A DNA stretch of 59,449 nt from a virus. Its lineage: Duplodnaviria; Caudoviricetes. Made by a program: the position numbers and the translations under genes. The notes beneath the pieces are model-generated. The model had not been told where the DNA came from, did not search any database, and saw nothing but the letters and a program-made list of their open reading frames with translations. The DNA lies in the IMG/VR virus record IMGVR_UViG_3300016265_001128, positions 1-59,449 of that record; one strand, given 5' to 3'. Below, piece by piece: positions 27,050 through 36,908 of this stretch (positions are counted from its first letter, which is position 1; each line of letters begins with the position of its first letter).

Positions 27050-27673
27050 TTACCCCTTTACCACGGCGCCAGCATCCACTGTGCGGCTCTTGTTCTCGCT
27101 ACCGAGGGCCTGGGCAGCTCGGTCGTATCTCGATTGCCAAACCTCGATCTTGTCCATCTCTTGCAGGTACGGGATGGCCTCAAGCAGAGTGGCGTACAGG
27201 ATCAGATCTGGCGCGTATTGCGTCAGCCAGTTGGTGCTGACTTGATCCGACAAAGGCTCAGGCAGCTGGAAAAAAGACAGCTCGAAGTTGGATGCAGCTA
27301 CCGGGGTCGGCGCAATTAAAAAGTAGTCGAACGAATAGTCAGCAAAATATTTGGGAGCCCCGGTTTCTGTGGCCGTTGGCCAATAGTTGCGGCAGAAATC
27401 GAGCGGCCTCAGAAATAACTGAGTACGCTCCGGGCCGTAGAAAAACCACAGCGTTTCACGCCAGCGAGCAGGCTTCGGGAGTGTTGGGCTGCCTGGGGTA
27501 AAGTTGCCAGTGACAAAGGACTCGAGGCCAAGAACCTTCACCTCGCGGGCAATGCGAGCCTCAGCCAAGGTGATCAAGGTGGGGATTACCGCCACAAACG
27601 TTTCGTCGGTGCGCTCGGTCCAACGTTGGACGTCTTGCTGCAACGAGGTGTACGTCATGTTTGGCACGGGCAA
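27050..27673 (-). CDS. Putative head-tail adaptor
   Basis: TY.SL, I.LAE.RI.R, G.P..F, PTP and TNWL...PD..LYA.L.EA. Confidence 0.7.
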   Translation of the reverse strand: MPVPNMTYTSLQQDVQRWTERTDETFVAVIPTLITLAEARIAREVKVLGLESFVTGNFTPGSPTLPKPARWRETLWFFYGPERTQLFLRPLDFCRNYWPTATETGAPKYFADYSFDYFLIAPTPVAASNFELSFFQLPEPLSDQVSTNWLTQYAPDLILYATLLEAIPYLQEMDKIEVWQSRYDRAAQALGSENKSRTVDAGAVVKG

Positions 27674-27727
27674 CGCTCCAATTAAACCAAGATGATCCTA
27701 TCACCTTGACGCGTCCAGGGGAACAAA

Positions 27728-28183
27728 TCAACTATCGGGTTGGTGCCAGAGCTGTACTTCTAAAGCTCTACGTTTGATCAAGCCTGGAAGCTTTACGCCT
27801 CCGCCATAGATCCACTTTGACATTTCAGCGGGAACTTCGCTGTAGTTACCGCGGTTCAATTTTGCCCTTAAGGTCGATCCGCGAAACCTTCCTGAGCCAA
27901 GATTAAAGACCCAGCTTGTCAAAGCGTCCCGCTGATTAGCCGTTAACGGTACGGAAACCAGCCGACAGACACTGTTACTTGCCGAAACTAAGTCTTCCTT
28001 AAGCCACGCCTCAGCCTGTTCTCGCGTACACGGCGGCGAGTTCGGTAGACATAAGTGACCGTACCCAACAGTCCAATAACCCGCCGGACAGAGGTAGGGA
28101 GCAGCCATCGGAGGAGAACTAAGCTTGACAACCTTGTGAAACCCCTCGCACTCCTTGACCAGCTCAACTAACCTTATGGCCAT
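27728..28183 (-). CDS. Endolysin, GH24 lysozyme
   Basis: EG...YLCPAGYWTVGYGH, Q.DAL.S..FNLG and LPGL..RR..E; ATG at 28183. Confidence 0.92.
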   Translation of the reverse strand: MAIRLVELVKECEGFHKVVKLSSPPMAAPYLCPAGYWTVGYGHLCLPNSPPCTREQAEAWLKEDLVSASNSVCRLVSVPLTANQRDALTSWVFNLGSGRFRGSTLRAKLNRGNYSEVPAEMSKWIYGGGVKLPGLIKRRALEVQLWHQPDS

Positions 28184-28667
28184 GCCGAATAGTCCTATCG
28201 ACAAACCAGAAGCCAATGATGGTACCCAAGATGGCCCCATCAGACGGCGTCCAGATACGCGTGTTAAACTCCTCAAGGCTCTTGGACGTATTCCAAGCCA
28301 AGCAAATGGCCACGACCTTATGGACTGTGAGCAGGGTCATCCACCAATACGTGATTATTGGACGGACCGACGCGTTAAGAGCATCAACCCAACGGATTCC
28401 AGTAGGTTGAGCCTGGGCCTGCGTTGCGGCGACAATCGCCTGGATGTCAGCAAGTGACAGCTGGCCTTGAAGCTGAGAGTCCATCTGACGAGCGGTTTGA
28501 TCAGCCAGCTTGGCGGCAGCTTCGATATCAAGCTTCCGCATGTCCAACTCGTGCTGACGATCAGCCTTAGACTGAAACATCCGCAAGACTTCGGGTGCCA
28601 ATCGAAGTAAGCCGCCTGCAATGCCGCCGGACAGAAAGTTCGCGGCAAAGCCAAGAAGGTCCATCAT
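28164..28667 (-). CDS. Holin (GTA 3TM-holin-like)
   Basis: D..HEL, WVDALNASVRPIITY and I.GFWF..R; adjacent to the endolysin. Confidence 0.7.
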   Translation of the reverse strand: MMDLLGFAANFLSGGIAGGLLRLAPEVLRMFQSKADRQHELDMRKLDIEAAAKLADQTARQMDSQLQGQLSLADIQAIVAATQAQAQPTGIRWVDALNASVRPIITYWWMTLLTVHKVVAICLAWNTSKSLEEFNTRIWTPSDGAILGTIIGFWFVDRTIRHGHKVS

Positions 28668-28999
28668 CTGTGTTTCTCCACAGCTTCGCGCATGGCAGAC
28701 ATAAGGCGACTTTCCATGTTGCTCAGGTCAACTTTAGAGGGAAACTCGCGCAGCATCATCTCGCGTGTTTCCTTCATGTCTTCGCTGTGCTTTTCAAGGT
28801 GTTTCCAGACAACCTCTTGGTCCTTAGAATATTCTTCCTTAGACACGACCTTCTGAAGCTTGTCGCCTTGACCTTTAACGTTGACGTCAATCAAGTTAAC
28901 CCACCTCGTAATAAGCGCCACGACTGTTCCCCCAAGCAAGACAATAGCTCCCCAAGCCCAGTCTAGGACCCTTGCTTCTGATATTGGGAAGTCGGCCAT
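28664..28999 (-). CDS. Single-TM coiled-coil protein in the lysis cassette
   Basis: N-terminal TM followed by a charged helix. Confidence 0.65.
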   Translation of the reverse strand: MADFPISEARVLDWAWGAIVLLGGTVVALITRWVNLIDVNVKGQGDKLQKVVSKEEYSKDQEVVWKHLEKHSEDMKETREMMLREFPSKVDLSNMESRLMSAMREAVEKHR

Positions 29000-29015
29000 A
29001 GCACCAACCTTTTTG

Positions 29016-29522
29016 TTAAAACACAGCCGCTAGGTAAACGCCTGCAACATCCGCCGCGTAGGCTAAACATGCGCCAAAAATAAGTCCCGCCCCAGCTTCG
29101 CCAGCGGCCACGTATCCGTCAATGAACCGTCCGACCGTCCAGTTACGCGGCCAAAACCAATCAGCCAGCAGCCAGCCTAACGAACACGGCCCATAGCGAA
29201 CGATATTTGCAACCTGCCAACCAGGACCGGCAAAACGGTGGTTAGGCAGAAACGGGGCGCCGTTCCAAAAGACCACCGTAAAGATAGCCCCAACAAAACC
29301 AGACCACCAAGGCCCAAAAGCTATAAACGGAGCGGCAGCTAAAAGAGCCATGAGAACCAGCGTCGGCGTGCGGCGTGGCTTATACGCGCTGCCATCAAAT
29401 TCCCAAAAGAGCGGTTGCGCAAATGTACCAAAAAACGGTTGGTAAATTGTCGGGGCGCCGCCAAGCGTACGCCTGAGAACCATGAAGGCAAGCGCTAATC
29501 CAAAAGCCCAAAAAATCAACAT
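29016..29522 (-). CDS. Multi-pass membrane protein
   Basis: About 4-5 hydrophobic segments. Confidence 0.65.
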   Translation of the reverse strand: MLIFWAFGLALAFMVLRRTLGGAPTIYQPFFGTFAQPLFWEFDGSAYKPRRTPTLVLMALLAAAPFIAFGPWWSGFVGAIFTVVFWNGAPFLPNHRFAGPGWQVANIVRYGPCSLGWLLADWFWPRNWTVGRFIDGYVAAGEAGAGLIFGACLAYAADVAGVYLAAVF

Positions 29523-29532
29523 TTATTCCATC

Positions 29533-30345
29533 CTAGTAGATTACCACTCGGCCGTTGCCGCCGACTGTGCTAGCCGCGCCGCCGACCCCGACCCCAGCTG
29601 CATAATCAGCGTCGCCGGTTCCGGGTGGCGTTGTGCCGCTGCCTGCCGTCGTGGTGGCCGTGCCGCCGATGCAGCCGCCGATATAGCCAGACCCGCCGCC
29701 TGCACCCTTGTCGTTAAGGTTGGTTCCGCCGCCACCGCCGTAATAGCCGCCGCCACCGCCACAGCCCGTGGCCGTCGCGCCATCCGTCAGGCCGGCGCCA
29801 CCGCCGCCGTAGGCATTGCCGGAAGATGTGGCTCCAGGGCCACCATTACCGCCCTGGAATGCTGAGCCTGCCTGCGTGCCGCTGCCGGAATTTCCGCCTG
29901 CTCCGCCCGCTGATTGCGTTCCGGGACCGCCTGCTCCGGATGCAACAGCCTCACCTTGGTTGCCGCCGCCTGCCCAGCCGTTGCGACTAACACCGGCGGT
30001 GGTGCTACCACCACCACCGCCGCCAGCCGTGGCGAGTTCGGTTGACGAACGACGTATGGCAGAACGACCGCCGCCGCCCGCTGTATTGCCGTTTCTCTGG
30101 CCGCCTTGCCCTACAACCACCGTTAGCGTTTCGCCGCCAGTGACCGCGATCTCACCATAGGTCCAGCCGCCCGCGCCGCCTGCCGCGCCTGACCCCGCGC
30201 CACCCGCCCCCCACATCTTGAAGCGGATAATCGAGACGCCCGCGGGCACGACATAGTTCTGGTTAGCGCCAGTGTATGTCAGCGTCGTTTTGCTGGAAGG
30301 GTAGGTAGTATTTACAGTCGAGGGCAGTAGGGCTTCTGCAAACAT
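29533..30345 (-). CDS. Glycine-rich-domain tail/receptor-binding protein
   Basis: YTGA.Q.YVVPAGV...WGAGG, GGGGGYYGGGGG and GGNGRVVI. Confidence 0.7.
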   Translation of the reverse strand: MFAEALLPSTVNTTYPSSKTTLTYTGANQNYVVPAGVSIIRFKMWGAGGAGSGAAGGAGGWTYGEIAVTGGETLTVVVGQGGQRNGNTAGGGGRSAIRRSSTELATAGGGGGGSTTAGVSRNGWAGGGNQGEAVASGAGGPGTQSAGGAGGNSGSGTQAGSAFQGGNGGPGATSSGNAYGGGGAGLTDGATATGCGGGGGYYGGGGGTNLNDKGAGGGSGYIGGCIGGTATTTAGSGTTPPGTGDADYAAGVGVGGAASTVGGNGRVVIY

Positions 30346-30770
30346 CAGCTTATGGTCTTTGCCGCCGAGAGGAACACGCGTGCCGTCGACGTGATGTGGT
30401 AGTAAACGTTGTCCTGAGCATTAGCCCCGGTCGACGTCGTGATAGAGGTAATCCCGCCAGCCGCAGCGTAGACGCCGGACGTTGCAAATGTATAGGTTCG
30501 ACCGCCGGTGCCATCCTGATTGCACTGGATCATGCCTCGTTGACCCACCATGTCAGACGTCAGCGTCGGCGCGGCAATTGCCACGGCTTGCGTCGCGGTG
30601 TAGTAAAAGTCCTGGTACAATGCCATATTAGGTGTCTCAGTCGAAGCTGCAGATGTGGCCGTATACCGAGCCCCGGGTCGCTGTGGAGCCGGCCAAGACT
30701 GAGCCGTGAAGAGTCTGGCGAAAGGCCCAAGCAGACCGGCGCCAGACCAAAGACCGCCACGTTGATCCAT
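30345..30770 (-). CDS. Putative tail fiber component
   Basis: QDGTGGRT...T.ANA.D motif common in phage fiber proteins. Confidence 0.55.
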   Translation of the reverse strand: MDQRGGLWSGAGLLGPFARLFTAQSWPAPQRPGARYTATSAASTETPNMALYQDFYYTATQAVAIAAPTLTSDMVGQRGMIQCNQDGTGGRTYTFATSGVYAAAGGITSITTSTGANAQDNVYYHITSTARVFLSAAKTIS

Positions 30771-31126
30771 TACGAAGCCCTCAAGACGTAGCCAAAGATC
30801 GACACGACGCTACCTGTTGTCGTGGCTCCGGAGACCACTAGCGAGTTGCGAAGCAACAGACCGGACATAACCGGCGTCGTAGTGACCGGCGGCAGGCTGA
30901 ACTTCATCAAGTCGTTGGGGTCCGTGCTGCCACCGAAGCCGATCGTCAAGGTAATCGGTGACGAGCTGGAGTTGTAGGCGTACAGCACCACTTCATCTCC
31001 CAAGCCGTCAGTCGTGACAGCTTGAGCTGTGTGAAGCGTCGTGCCTGAACCGATCGCTGTCGCCGTGACAAGGACGCCACGACCGTTTGTCGACGCAGAA
31101 AGCGGGATCTTTGTTAGAGTGGCCAT
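30770..31126 (-). CDS. Putative tail structural protein
   Basis: LS.ST.GR, DEV.LYA.N and I.GYV; beta-sandwich-like. Confidence 0.6.
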   Translation of the reverse strand: MATLTKIPLSASTNGRGVLVTATAIGSGTTLHTAQAVTTDGLGDEVVLYAYNSSSSPITLTIGFGGSTDPNDLMKFSLPPVTTTPVMSGLLLRNSLVVSGATTTGSVVSIFGYVLRAS

Positions 31127-31133
31127 GTCGTCC

Positions 31134-32144
31134 TCATGCAAACCAGAAGCGAGAAAGCATTGCGTAGTCGTCGTTGATCGTCAGTGTAGGATTACCGGCA
31201 ACGCCGTCGCCGTTTGTTACGTCAAGCCCAGCGGATCCCGTTAGGGTCCTAGCGGTTACGGCCGTGGCGCTTGTCTTTACGAGGATGCCGGTGGCGGTAA
31301 GGGCCGCCAGGGAAGAGACAAGGTCGGGCACGCCTTGTACCGAAGCCCACGTAGGCGTCACCGTCACATTCGACGCCGTCGTCAGTCGACCGTATAGGTC
31401 AACTGTAAACGTGCCTGTCTCAGTAGAATTTCCGTAAGATCCCGCGGTAACCGTCGACGTCGCCGCGGCTACTGCCGCAGTGGTTGCGGTTGTTATCCTG
31501 CCATATGCGTCGATCGTTATCACTGGCACCAAGGACCCACTGCCCACGGTTGCCGGAGTCACTGTCGTTGTTGCCAAGGCCAATGTAACATCAGAAGCCA
31601 ACGTGCCGCCGCCAGCTAATCCTGTCCCGGCCGTGACTGCCCTTGTCGTGGTCGGAACATTCGTAATTCCATAACCGGAAGCTGTCGTCGGCGTGCCGGT
31701 GACCACGCTCCATGGCACGGCTGTAGCCGATGAAACGGCAATTGTTGTGGCTGAGGTTACCCGTCCATATGCGTCTACGGTTAAGACAGGGATAGCGTCC
31801 CCGGCGCCATACGTCCCGGCTGAGACGCCGGAATTTGGCAAATCAGCCGCAGCAAAGGTCCTGAACAGGGGAGCGCCGGCTGAGCCGTTAGGCGATGCAA
31901 ACATCAGGTTAGCGGTCTGCGAAGCCCACGTAGCCGTTAGCGTGCCTGTTGTTGTAACTGGGCTTCCAGACACCGTTAGCTCAGACGGAAGCGACAGACC
32001 CACCGACGTCACAACATCGAGAGTTGGCGCAATCTGGCCAAGTGTGCCTTGATATGTAATACCTCCCTGAACGACAATGATCAGGTCGGTACTCGCCAAG
32101 GTCGTGGCGACTGGCAGCTGCGGGATTTGGATAACGCCTGACAT
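31134..32144 (-). CDS. Putative tail fiber with internal repeats
   Basis: Three repeats of G.Y/G...TVD.YGR.T.A; NGDGVAGNPT. Confidence 0.65.
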   Translation of the reverse strand: MSGVIQIPQLPVATTLASTDLIIVVQGGITYQGTLGQIAPTLDVVTSVGLSLPSELTVSGSPVTTTGTLTATWASQTANLMFASPNGSAGAPLFRTFAAADLPNSGVSAGTYGAGDAIPVLTVDAYGRVTSATTIAVSSATAVPWSVVTGTPTTASGYGITNVPTTTRAVTAGTGLAGGGTLASDVTLALATTTVTPATVGSGSLVPVITIDAYGRITTATTAAVAAATSTVTAGSYGNSTETGTFTVDLYGRLTTASNVTVTPTWASVQGVPDLVSSLAALTATGILVKTSATAVTARTLTGSAGLDVTNGDGVAGNPTLTINDDYAMLSRFWFA

Positions 32145-32437
32145 CAGCTGGCCACCAATAAGTTATTGTTGTTGTCCGTGATGTACCAGTTCCCCTCAGG
32201 CGACGTCCCAAGGTAAACTGAGTTATCAGCAATGCTAGTATCAGGCCTCGGATGCTGCAACGTCAACGGGTCCGGTTGACGCGGCGGTAACCGATAAGGG
32301 TCTATAGTATCCCAACATTCTCCACAAACCTTCAGACCCGGGCTATTGCCGTCAGGACGCAACATCTGGTACGGCAACTTGGTGCGGCACCTGTCGCAAA
32401 TTGCAATCGAGAGTTGGCCGTCAGCGATCATTGACAT
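32144..32437 (-). CDS. Small conserved Cys-containing protein
   Basis: AICDRC...VC.ECWD...PRPD. Confidence 0.7.
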   Translation of the reverse strand: MSMIADGQLSIAICDRCRTKLPYQMLRPDGNSPGLKVCGECWDTIDPYRLPPRQPDPLTLQHPRPDTSIADNSVYLGTSPEGNWYITDNNNNLLVAS

Positions 32438-32439
32438 GG

Positions 32440-33516
32440 CTACCTCGTATACACTGAGATGCCAGGGACGTAGTAAATCGGACTGTTGTCGCGTTCTTCC
32501 TGCTCAGCTTCGTACGTAGCCCGCTGAGCCATCTGGTCCAGCAAAGCAATCCGAGCCTCATCAACATTTGCCAGCTCAAGGGAAAGTCTTGAAGCGCAGT
32601 TAGTAATCAGCGCCTCGATCCAGCGCTGTGGGGCTGAAATGGTGTCCGTCAAGCTGCCAACATCCTCGATCTGGCTGTGCGTAAACATGACCACTTGATC
32701 GAAGTTGTTGTTTGGCACAGGCCACAGGTACAACGTCGGGGCATCAACAAGCCTGTCCACCCAGAACTGACGAGGCGGGTTAGCCTGCACCTTGTTTGGC
32801 AGTGACGAATAATCGTCGCGGTTCAGTCTGGCCATCGGCGTCTCTGATGGCGTGTTACCAAAGAATAGTTCACGACAAGCTAGCGTGGCTCCGCCAGTCT
32901 CACGCCAACGGAGACCAGTTGCCGAGGCAGGCCGGGTGATATCCCACCAGTACCATGTTTTGTCGGTCATCGCTATAGACGTCGAGTCAGGGTCAGGCGG
33001 GGGCGTGAAGTAGGTTTCCCACGTGACACCTCCGTCGACTGTAAACTCAACCACCGGGGTCAAGTCTAGATCTCCGTATGGCATAAAGCCGACAGAGGTT
33101 ACGGTTGTGCTTGAGGCAAACTCATAACTGATGTTGCCGTTGGCTGAGGTCTGCTGGCACCAAGTATCGATGTCTTCGTCAAATGCGAAGGATGCCGTGC
33201 CGCCAGCCGAGGAACCTGGGTTACCGTACTGCTGACGAGCTAAGGTACGCGCATTGACATTCAGAACGTCAACGATGCCGCGTGGCAAAGGCATAGAAGC
33301 TTGGTTCAAGTATTGACCAAGGATCCGGCGCTTAATCGTCCAGAGGCTGATCCCGCGGTTAGCCAGTGCCGACGTATAGAAATACAGCGCATCGCGGCCA
33401 ATCTCCAACACTTCACCGGTTATCTGGGAAGATGGAAGCTTGCACCGACGCGCCGCATGTTCTATAATCTTGGCTACGTTGATCTGGGTTAGACCAACAG
33501 TACCGCTTGTGGCCAC
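32440..33516 (-). CDS. Putative head-tail connector / tail tubular protein
   Basis: MATSGT, IIE.A..RC, ANRG..LW, Y..LPNK...P.Q, LWPVP, P.RW and EER. Confidence 0.65.
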   Translation of the reverse strand: MATSGTVGLTQINVAKIIEHAARRCKLPSSQITGEVLEIGRDALYFYTSALANRGISLWTIKRRILGQYLNQASMPLPRGIVDVLNVNARTLARQQYGNPGSSAGGTASFAFDEDIDTWCQQTSANGNISYEFASSTTVTSVGFMPYGDLDLTPVVEFTVDGGVTWETYFTPPPDPDSTSIAMTDKTWYWWDITRPASATGLRWRETGGATLACRELFFGNTPSETPMARLNRDDYSSLPNKVQANPPRQFWVDRLVDAPTLYLWPVPNNNFDQVVMFTHSQIEDVGSLTDTISAPQRWIEALITNCASRLSLELANVDEARIALLDQMAQRATYEAEQEERDNSPIYYVPGISVYTR

Positions 33517-33526
33517 AAGTCACCCC

Positions 33527-33688
33527 TTATTTGCTACGGGGCCGAGGCGAGTCCTTCTTAGGTCTACGCTTGTCGGCGTCCGAGAACTCTTTGCCAACGC
33601 TCTTCGGGATGCCTACCTTCTTTGCGAAGGTTGGGTTATTCGCTACGGCGCGCATTAGATTTGCCTGCGCCTTAGACTTAGACGGCAT
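33527..33688 (-). CDS. Small basic virion-associated protein (53 aa, below cutoff)
   Basis: MPSKSKAQANLMRAVANNPTFAKKVGIPKSVGKEF...; fills the gap in the operon. Confidence 0.7.
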   Translation of the reverse strand: MPSKSKAQANLMRAVANNPTFAKKVGIPKSVGKEFSDADKRRPKKDSPRPRSK

Positions 33689-33689
33689 G

Positions 33690-34001
33690 TTACTGCGTGC
33701 CCTGCTGCGTAATCACCAGGCCAAACGTACCTGCAGCGCTAGCCGTGATACGGAACGCTCGCACCGGAAGCGTAACAGCACCGGCCGTGGTTGTCGTCAA
33801 GGCCTGAAACGCCGTCGACAGGACAAAACCGTATGGAGTCGTTGTTGCAAACACGTTATCGTACGTGCCCTCAACTTGGCAACCGGCGCCAGTTGACGTG
33901 ACTTTTAGCCCGTAGATCGCGTTCGGGACGTACGCGTCAACCGGCAGCCAGTTGCTTGAACCAGCCGCCGTGGCAGTAAACGTATAGCTGATTGGCCTCA
34001 T
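33690..34001 (-). CDS. Putative virion structural protein
   Basis: Beta-rich, Thr/Ala-rich; coupled in the capsid operon. Confidence 0.65.
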   Translation of the reverse strand: MRPISYTFTATAAGSSNWLPVDAYVPNAIYGLKVTSTGAGCQVEGTYDNVFATTTPYGFVLSTAFQALTTTTAGAVTLPVRAFRITASAAGTFGLVITQQGTQ

Positions 34002-34654
34002 GTCGTTGGCACCTCCGGCGCAGATTTCTTCACAACGTACCGCTGCTTCTCAACGTCAGCCGAAACCTCGATCTTTTCCCGATAGCCGTAGAACGTGCGG
34101 ATCGGTTGGTTCGAGTCAAGCAGAGAACTGCTTGCGGCAACGTTAATCTGGATCCCACGACTGACAGCGACGCCAATCAGAAACTCCACGCAACCGCGAC
34201 CTGTCTCGCTGGCATGCGCGTTCTCGTAGGTGAAGTCACAGCCCCACAAAGAAATGGCTGAGACTTTCTCCAAGATTGCCAACGCCACGGCATACGCCAC
34301 TGAGTTGTTCAGGTAGGCGAATCCGATAGCGTTGATCACGTCTTCGAGCGGATACTCAACGCTGGTAGGGCAAAGGTCAGGAATTACCCGAGTCGTATAG
34401 ACCGGCACCTTTGTCTGCTTCAGCGTCTCTACGTAGGCCTTAGAGCCTTCGTAGCCATGCTCGTTAACGTATTCCAAGTCATCCATGGCGATCACGCGAT
34501 CGCACTGAATAACCCCAGCCATGTGATTAATGGCCCAAACTTCGTCTGCAATCGCATGCCGATTGCCTTGGACGACCGCCCCTAGGACGTAGTCGCGATG
34601 GGAAAGACCCATCGCGACGATCGCCACTGTCTTGCCTTTAGGCTTGGCTGACAC
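33998..34654 (-). CDS. Putative glycosyltransferase (Maf/DUF115, sialyltransferase-like fold)
   Basis: VAIVAMG.S, VWAIN, D.V.AMD and NSVAYA.ALA......I.LWGCDF. Confidence 0.55.
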   Translation of the reverse strand: MSAKPKGKTVAIVAMGLSHRDYVLGAVVQGNRHAIADEVWAINHMAGVIQCDRVIAMDDLEYVNEHGYEGSKAYVETLKQTKVPVYTTRVIPDLCPTSVEYPLEDVINAIGFAYLNNSVAYAVALAILEKVSAISLWGCDFTYENAHASETGRGCVEFLIGVAVSRGIQINVAASSSLLDSNQPIRTFYGYREKIEVSADVEKQRYVVKKSAPEVPTT

Positions 34655-35354
34655 CGTAGACTTGCTCCTTGGTTTGATTTCCGCCGAGCAAGATCAAGGC
34701 CGAAAACAGCTTGGACGAATCCGGGGTAGTCGTTGGCACCACCGTGCCGCGAACGTCACCCGTCGTTGCCGTCGACACGGCTGTGGTCGAAAGACCTGCC
34801 GTAACCACGGTCGTCGTTGCCGTTGCTGTCGAGTCAGCTTGGCCATTCACGTAGATGCCAAGCAACTTGCCCTTATCCGCCAAGCGGTGGCTGAAGCCGA
34901 GAGCTGGGCCAGAACCAACGTTCACAGCCGTGGACACGGCCGCAGTCGTCGTCGGAGCGCCCACCAGAAGGAAAGCTTTCAGGCCGTACACCGTGGTGTT
35001 GTTCGGGCCCGTAATGTCTTCCGTCGTCGTTTCGCCGTACTCATCCTCGCCCGCAAACGAGAAAGTCAGGCCAGACAAGTTGCCCGTCGAGGTGATGCTA
35101 AGGTTACGCGGCACGTCAAAGACGGCCGTGGCACCAGACATCAGCGCGCCGGTTGCTGACAAGGTTCCAGCAGCTGTCGAGGTAACGGCATCGCAAATGC
35201 CGTTAGGGTCAGCGACAACGACCGCGCCGAACTGCTGCACGACCAGCCGGGGGATTTCAACCCCGTTGGTCGAGCTGTCGGTACGCGTCGCCAGCACGTT
35301 CGCAGGCGGGTAATAAGCAGCCCCGACGTAGAGGTCGTCAGAAAACTGAGTCAT
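34638..35354 (-). CDS. Putative capsid decoration protein
   Basis: Follows the MCP; DVPR, G.D.YG, G.KAF and TATTGDVRGT..P. Confidence 0.6.
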   Translation of the reverse strand: MTQFSDDLYVGAAYYPPANVLATRTDSSTNGVEIPRLVVQQFGAVVVADPNGICDAVTSTAAGTLSATGALMSGATAVFDVPRNLSITSTGNLSGLTFSFAGEDEYGETTTEDITGPNNTTVYGLKAFLLVGAPTTTAAVSTAVNVGSGPALGFSHRLADKGKLLGIYVNGQADSTATATTTVVTAGLSTTAVSTATTGDVRGTVVPTTTPDSSKLFSALILLGGNQTKEQVYGVSQA

Positions 35355-35369
35355 CTGTCATCCTCCTCA

Positions 35370-35399
35370 ATAAGAGGAGGGGGCCGAAGCCCCCTCGCC
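35370..35399 (-). terminator. Hairpin after the major capsid gene (partial terminator or mRNA stabilizer)
   Basis: GAGGGGGC-TTCG-GCCCCCTC with a UUCG tetraloop. Confidence 0.65.
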
Positions 35400-36314
35400 T
35401 TAGATGCCAGGGGTCCCGAACAACGCGCGCGGGTCGGTCCAGCCGGGGATGTAACGCTCGGTGGCCTTGTAGCGCATGCTGTCGGTTTCGAAATCGCCCT
35501 CCATCGACTTCTCCAGCTTCCGGCGCATCATGAGCTTCATGCCTTCCGGCGTGTCGGTCTTCACCCACCAAGCGGTGGAGGAAGTGACGCGGCTCATGAC
35601 CGCAAGACCCTGGGAGAACAACCCGAGCGACTTGACCGGGTTGATGTCGTTGTTGGCGGTGCCGGCGCGCAGAACCGACTTGAGCAGGACTTCGCCTTGG
35701 AAGACGTTGTTCGTGCTCACGACGAGCCGCTTGGGCTCGAGGCGGATCTTCTTGCCGTTGTTGTCGACGGCCTGGCGGACCTGAATGCACATCTGTTCCA
35801 GACTGGTCTGGGAGAGCGCGGCCGGGGTCGTCAGGAGGTTCGAGAACGTACCATTGACGATTGGGTGGTTGGTCACGTTCAGTGCCACGCCGTCGCCGCC
35901 GGTGTAGGAGCCGTTGAAGGCTCGGTTCAGGATGTTCGCGCACAGCGTCTCCTTCGTCTCGATCAGCGACTGCGCCAGATGGCGAGAGTAGATCGTTCCG
36001 AGTCGGATGTGATCGCCGTCTTCGACGAGCACCTTGGTCAGGGCAAAAGCCAGACCGTAGACCTTGTACACGTAACGGGCGATGAAGAGAATACCGCCCT
36101 GTTGGTAGGTGATGGGAGTGCCGTCGGGAAGTTCCGGAGCGGCGCCGAAGCCGTACAGAACAGGCTCTTCGTGGTAAGTGCGCGGAATACCCTGCTTCTC
36201 GTCGAAGACCTGGGCCCATTCATCCGCACGCTGGTCGTACAGGCCATCGAACTCTTCGTTGAGGATCGGCTCAACGATTGCCCGAAAGTCTGTACTGCGC
36301 ATAACTGTTGCCAT
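35400..36314 (-). CDS. Major capsid protein
   Basis: 304 aa, strongly C/G-ending codons, follows the scaffold; DFET..MRYKA.ERY..GW.DPR. Confidence 0.85.
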   Translation of the reverse strand: MATVMRSTDFRAIVEPILNEEFDGLYDQRADEWAQVFDEKQGIPRTYHEEPVLYGFGAAPELPDGTPITYQQGGILFIARYVYKVYGLAFALTKVLVEDGDHIRLGTIYSRHLAQSLIETKETLCANILNRAFNGSYTGGDGVALNVTNHPIVNGTFSNLLTTPAALSQTSLEQMCIQVRQAVDNNGKKIRLEPKRLVVSTNNVFQGEVLLKSVLRAGTANNDINPVKSLGLFSQGLAVMSRVTSSTAWWVKTDTPEGMKLMMRRKLEKSMEGDFETDSMRYKATERYIPGWTDPRALFGTPGI

Positions 36315-36326
36315 GCCTCAGACTCC

Positions 36327-36899
36327 TCAGATGGCCGTTTGCGGGTAGACGAACTGATGGTAGGCAACCATCACGCGCAGGGTGGTGTAGGCATCACCCC
36401 AGTCGTTGTTCACGTCGTAGGACTTGTCGATGATGCGCAGCTGGCCCTGCACGCCGGACCCCGTCGGGGTGGCGCTCACGGTGCACTGGCTCAGACCGGT
36501 CGTCGTCGAACCGTTGGTCAGGTTCGAGAAGTTGACCTGGTCACCGACGGCGGATTGGGCGACCGAACCGTCGGCCTGGATTTCGTAGATCATGTTCGGA
36601 TCATCCACGAAATACACGACGATGTCGGTGGCCGCGGTATTCGCCGGCCAATAGTTCGACTCGCGACGGCGGCCGGTCGTGTCGGTGTACTCGACGCCAA
36701 CGAACGTGCCCATAAAGGCTTCGGTGGCCGTGACGGGGGCGATGTAGCCGGTGGTCAAGAGCTTGACCGGCTGGTTTTGATAGATGGTCGAGGTATAACC
36801 GGTCGGCAAACCGCCGGGGAAAGCACGAACGCCTCGAGTGCCATACCCGGAGATGTGCTGCTCGGACCTCAGACCAAAGGGTGCGCTAGTGCTGGGCAT
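36327..36899 (-). CDS. Putative capsid cement/decoration protein
   Basis: APFGLR, G.F.G.EY.D..G and DDP...YEIQ; directly upstream of the MCP. Confidence 0.65.
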   Translation of the reverse strand: MPSTSAPFGLRSEQHISGYGTRGVRAFPGGLPTGYTSTIYQNQPVKLLTTGYIAPVTATEAFMGTFVGVEYTDTTGRRRESNYWPANTAATDIVVYFVDDPNMIYEIQADGSVAQSAVGDQVNFSNLTNGSTTTGLSQCTVSATPTGSGVQGQLRIIDKSYDVNNDWGDAYTTLRVMVAYHQFVYPQTAI

Positions 36900-36908
36900 C
36901 CAATGCTC

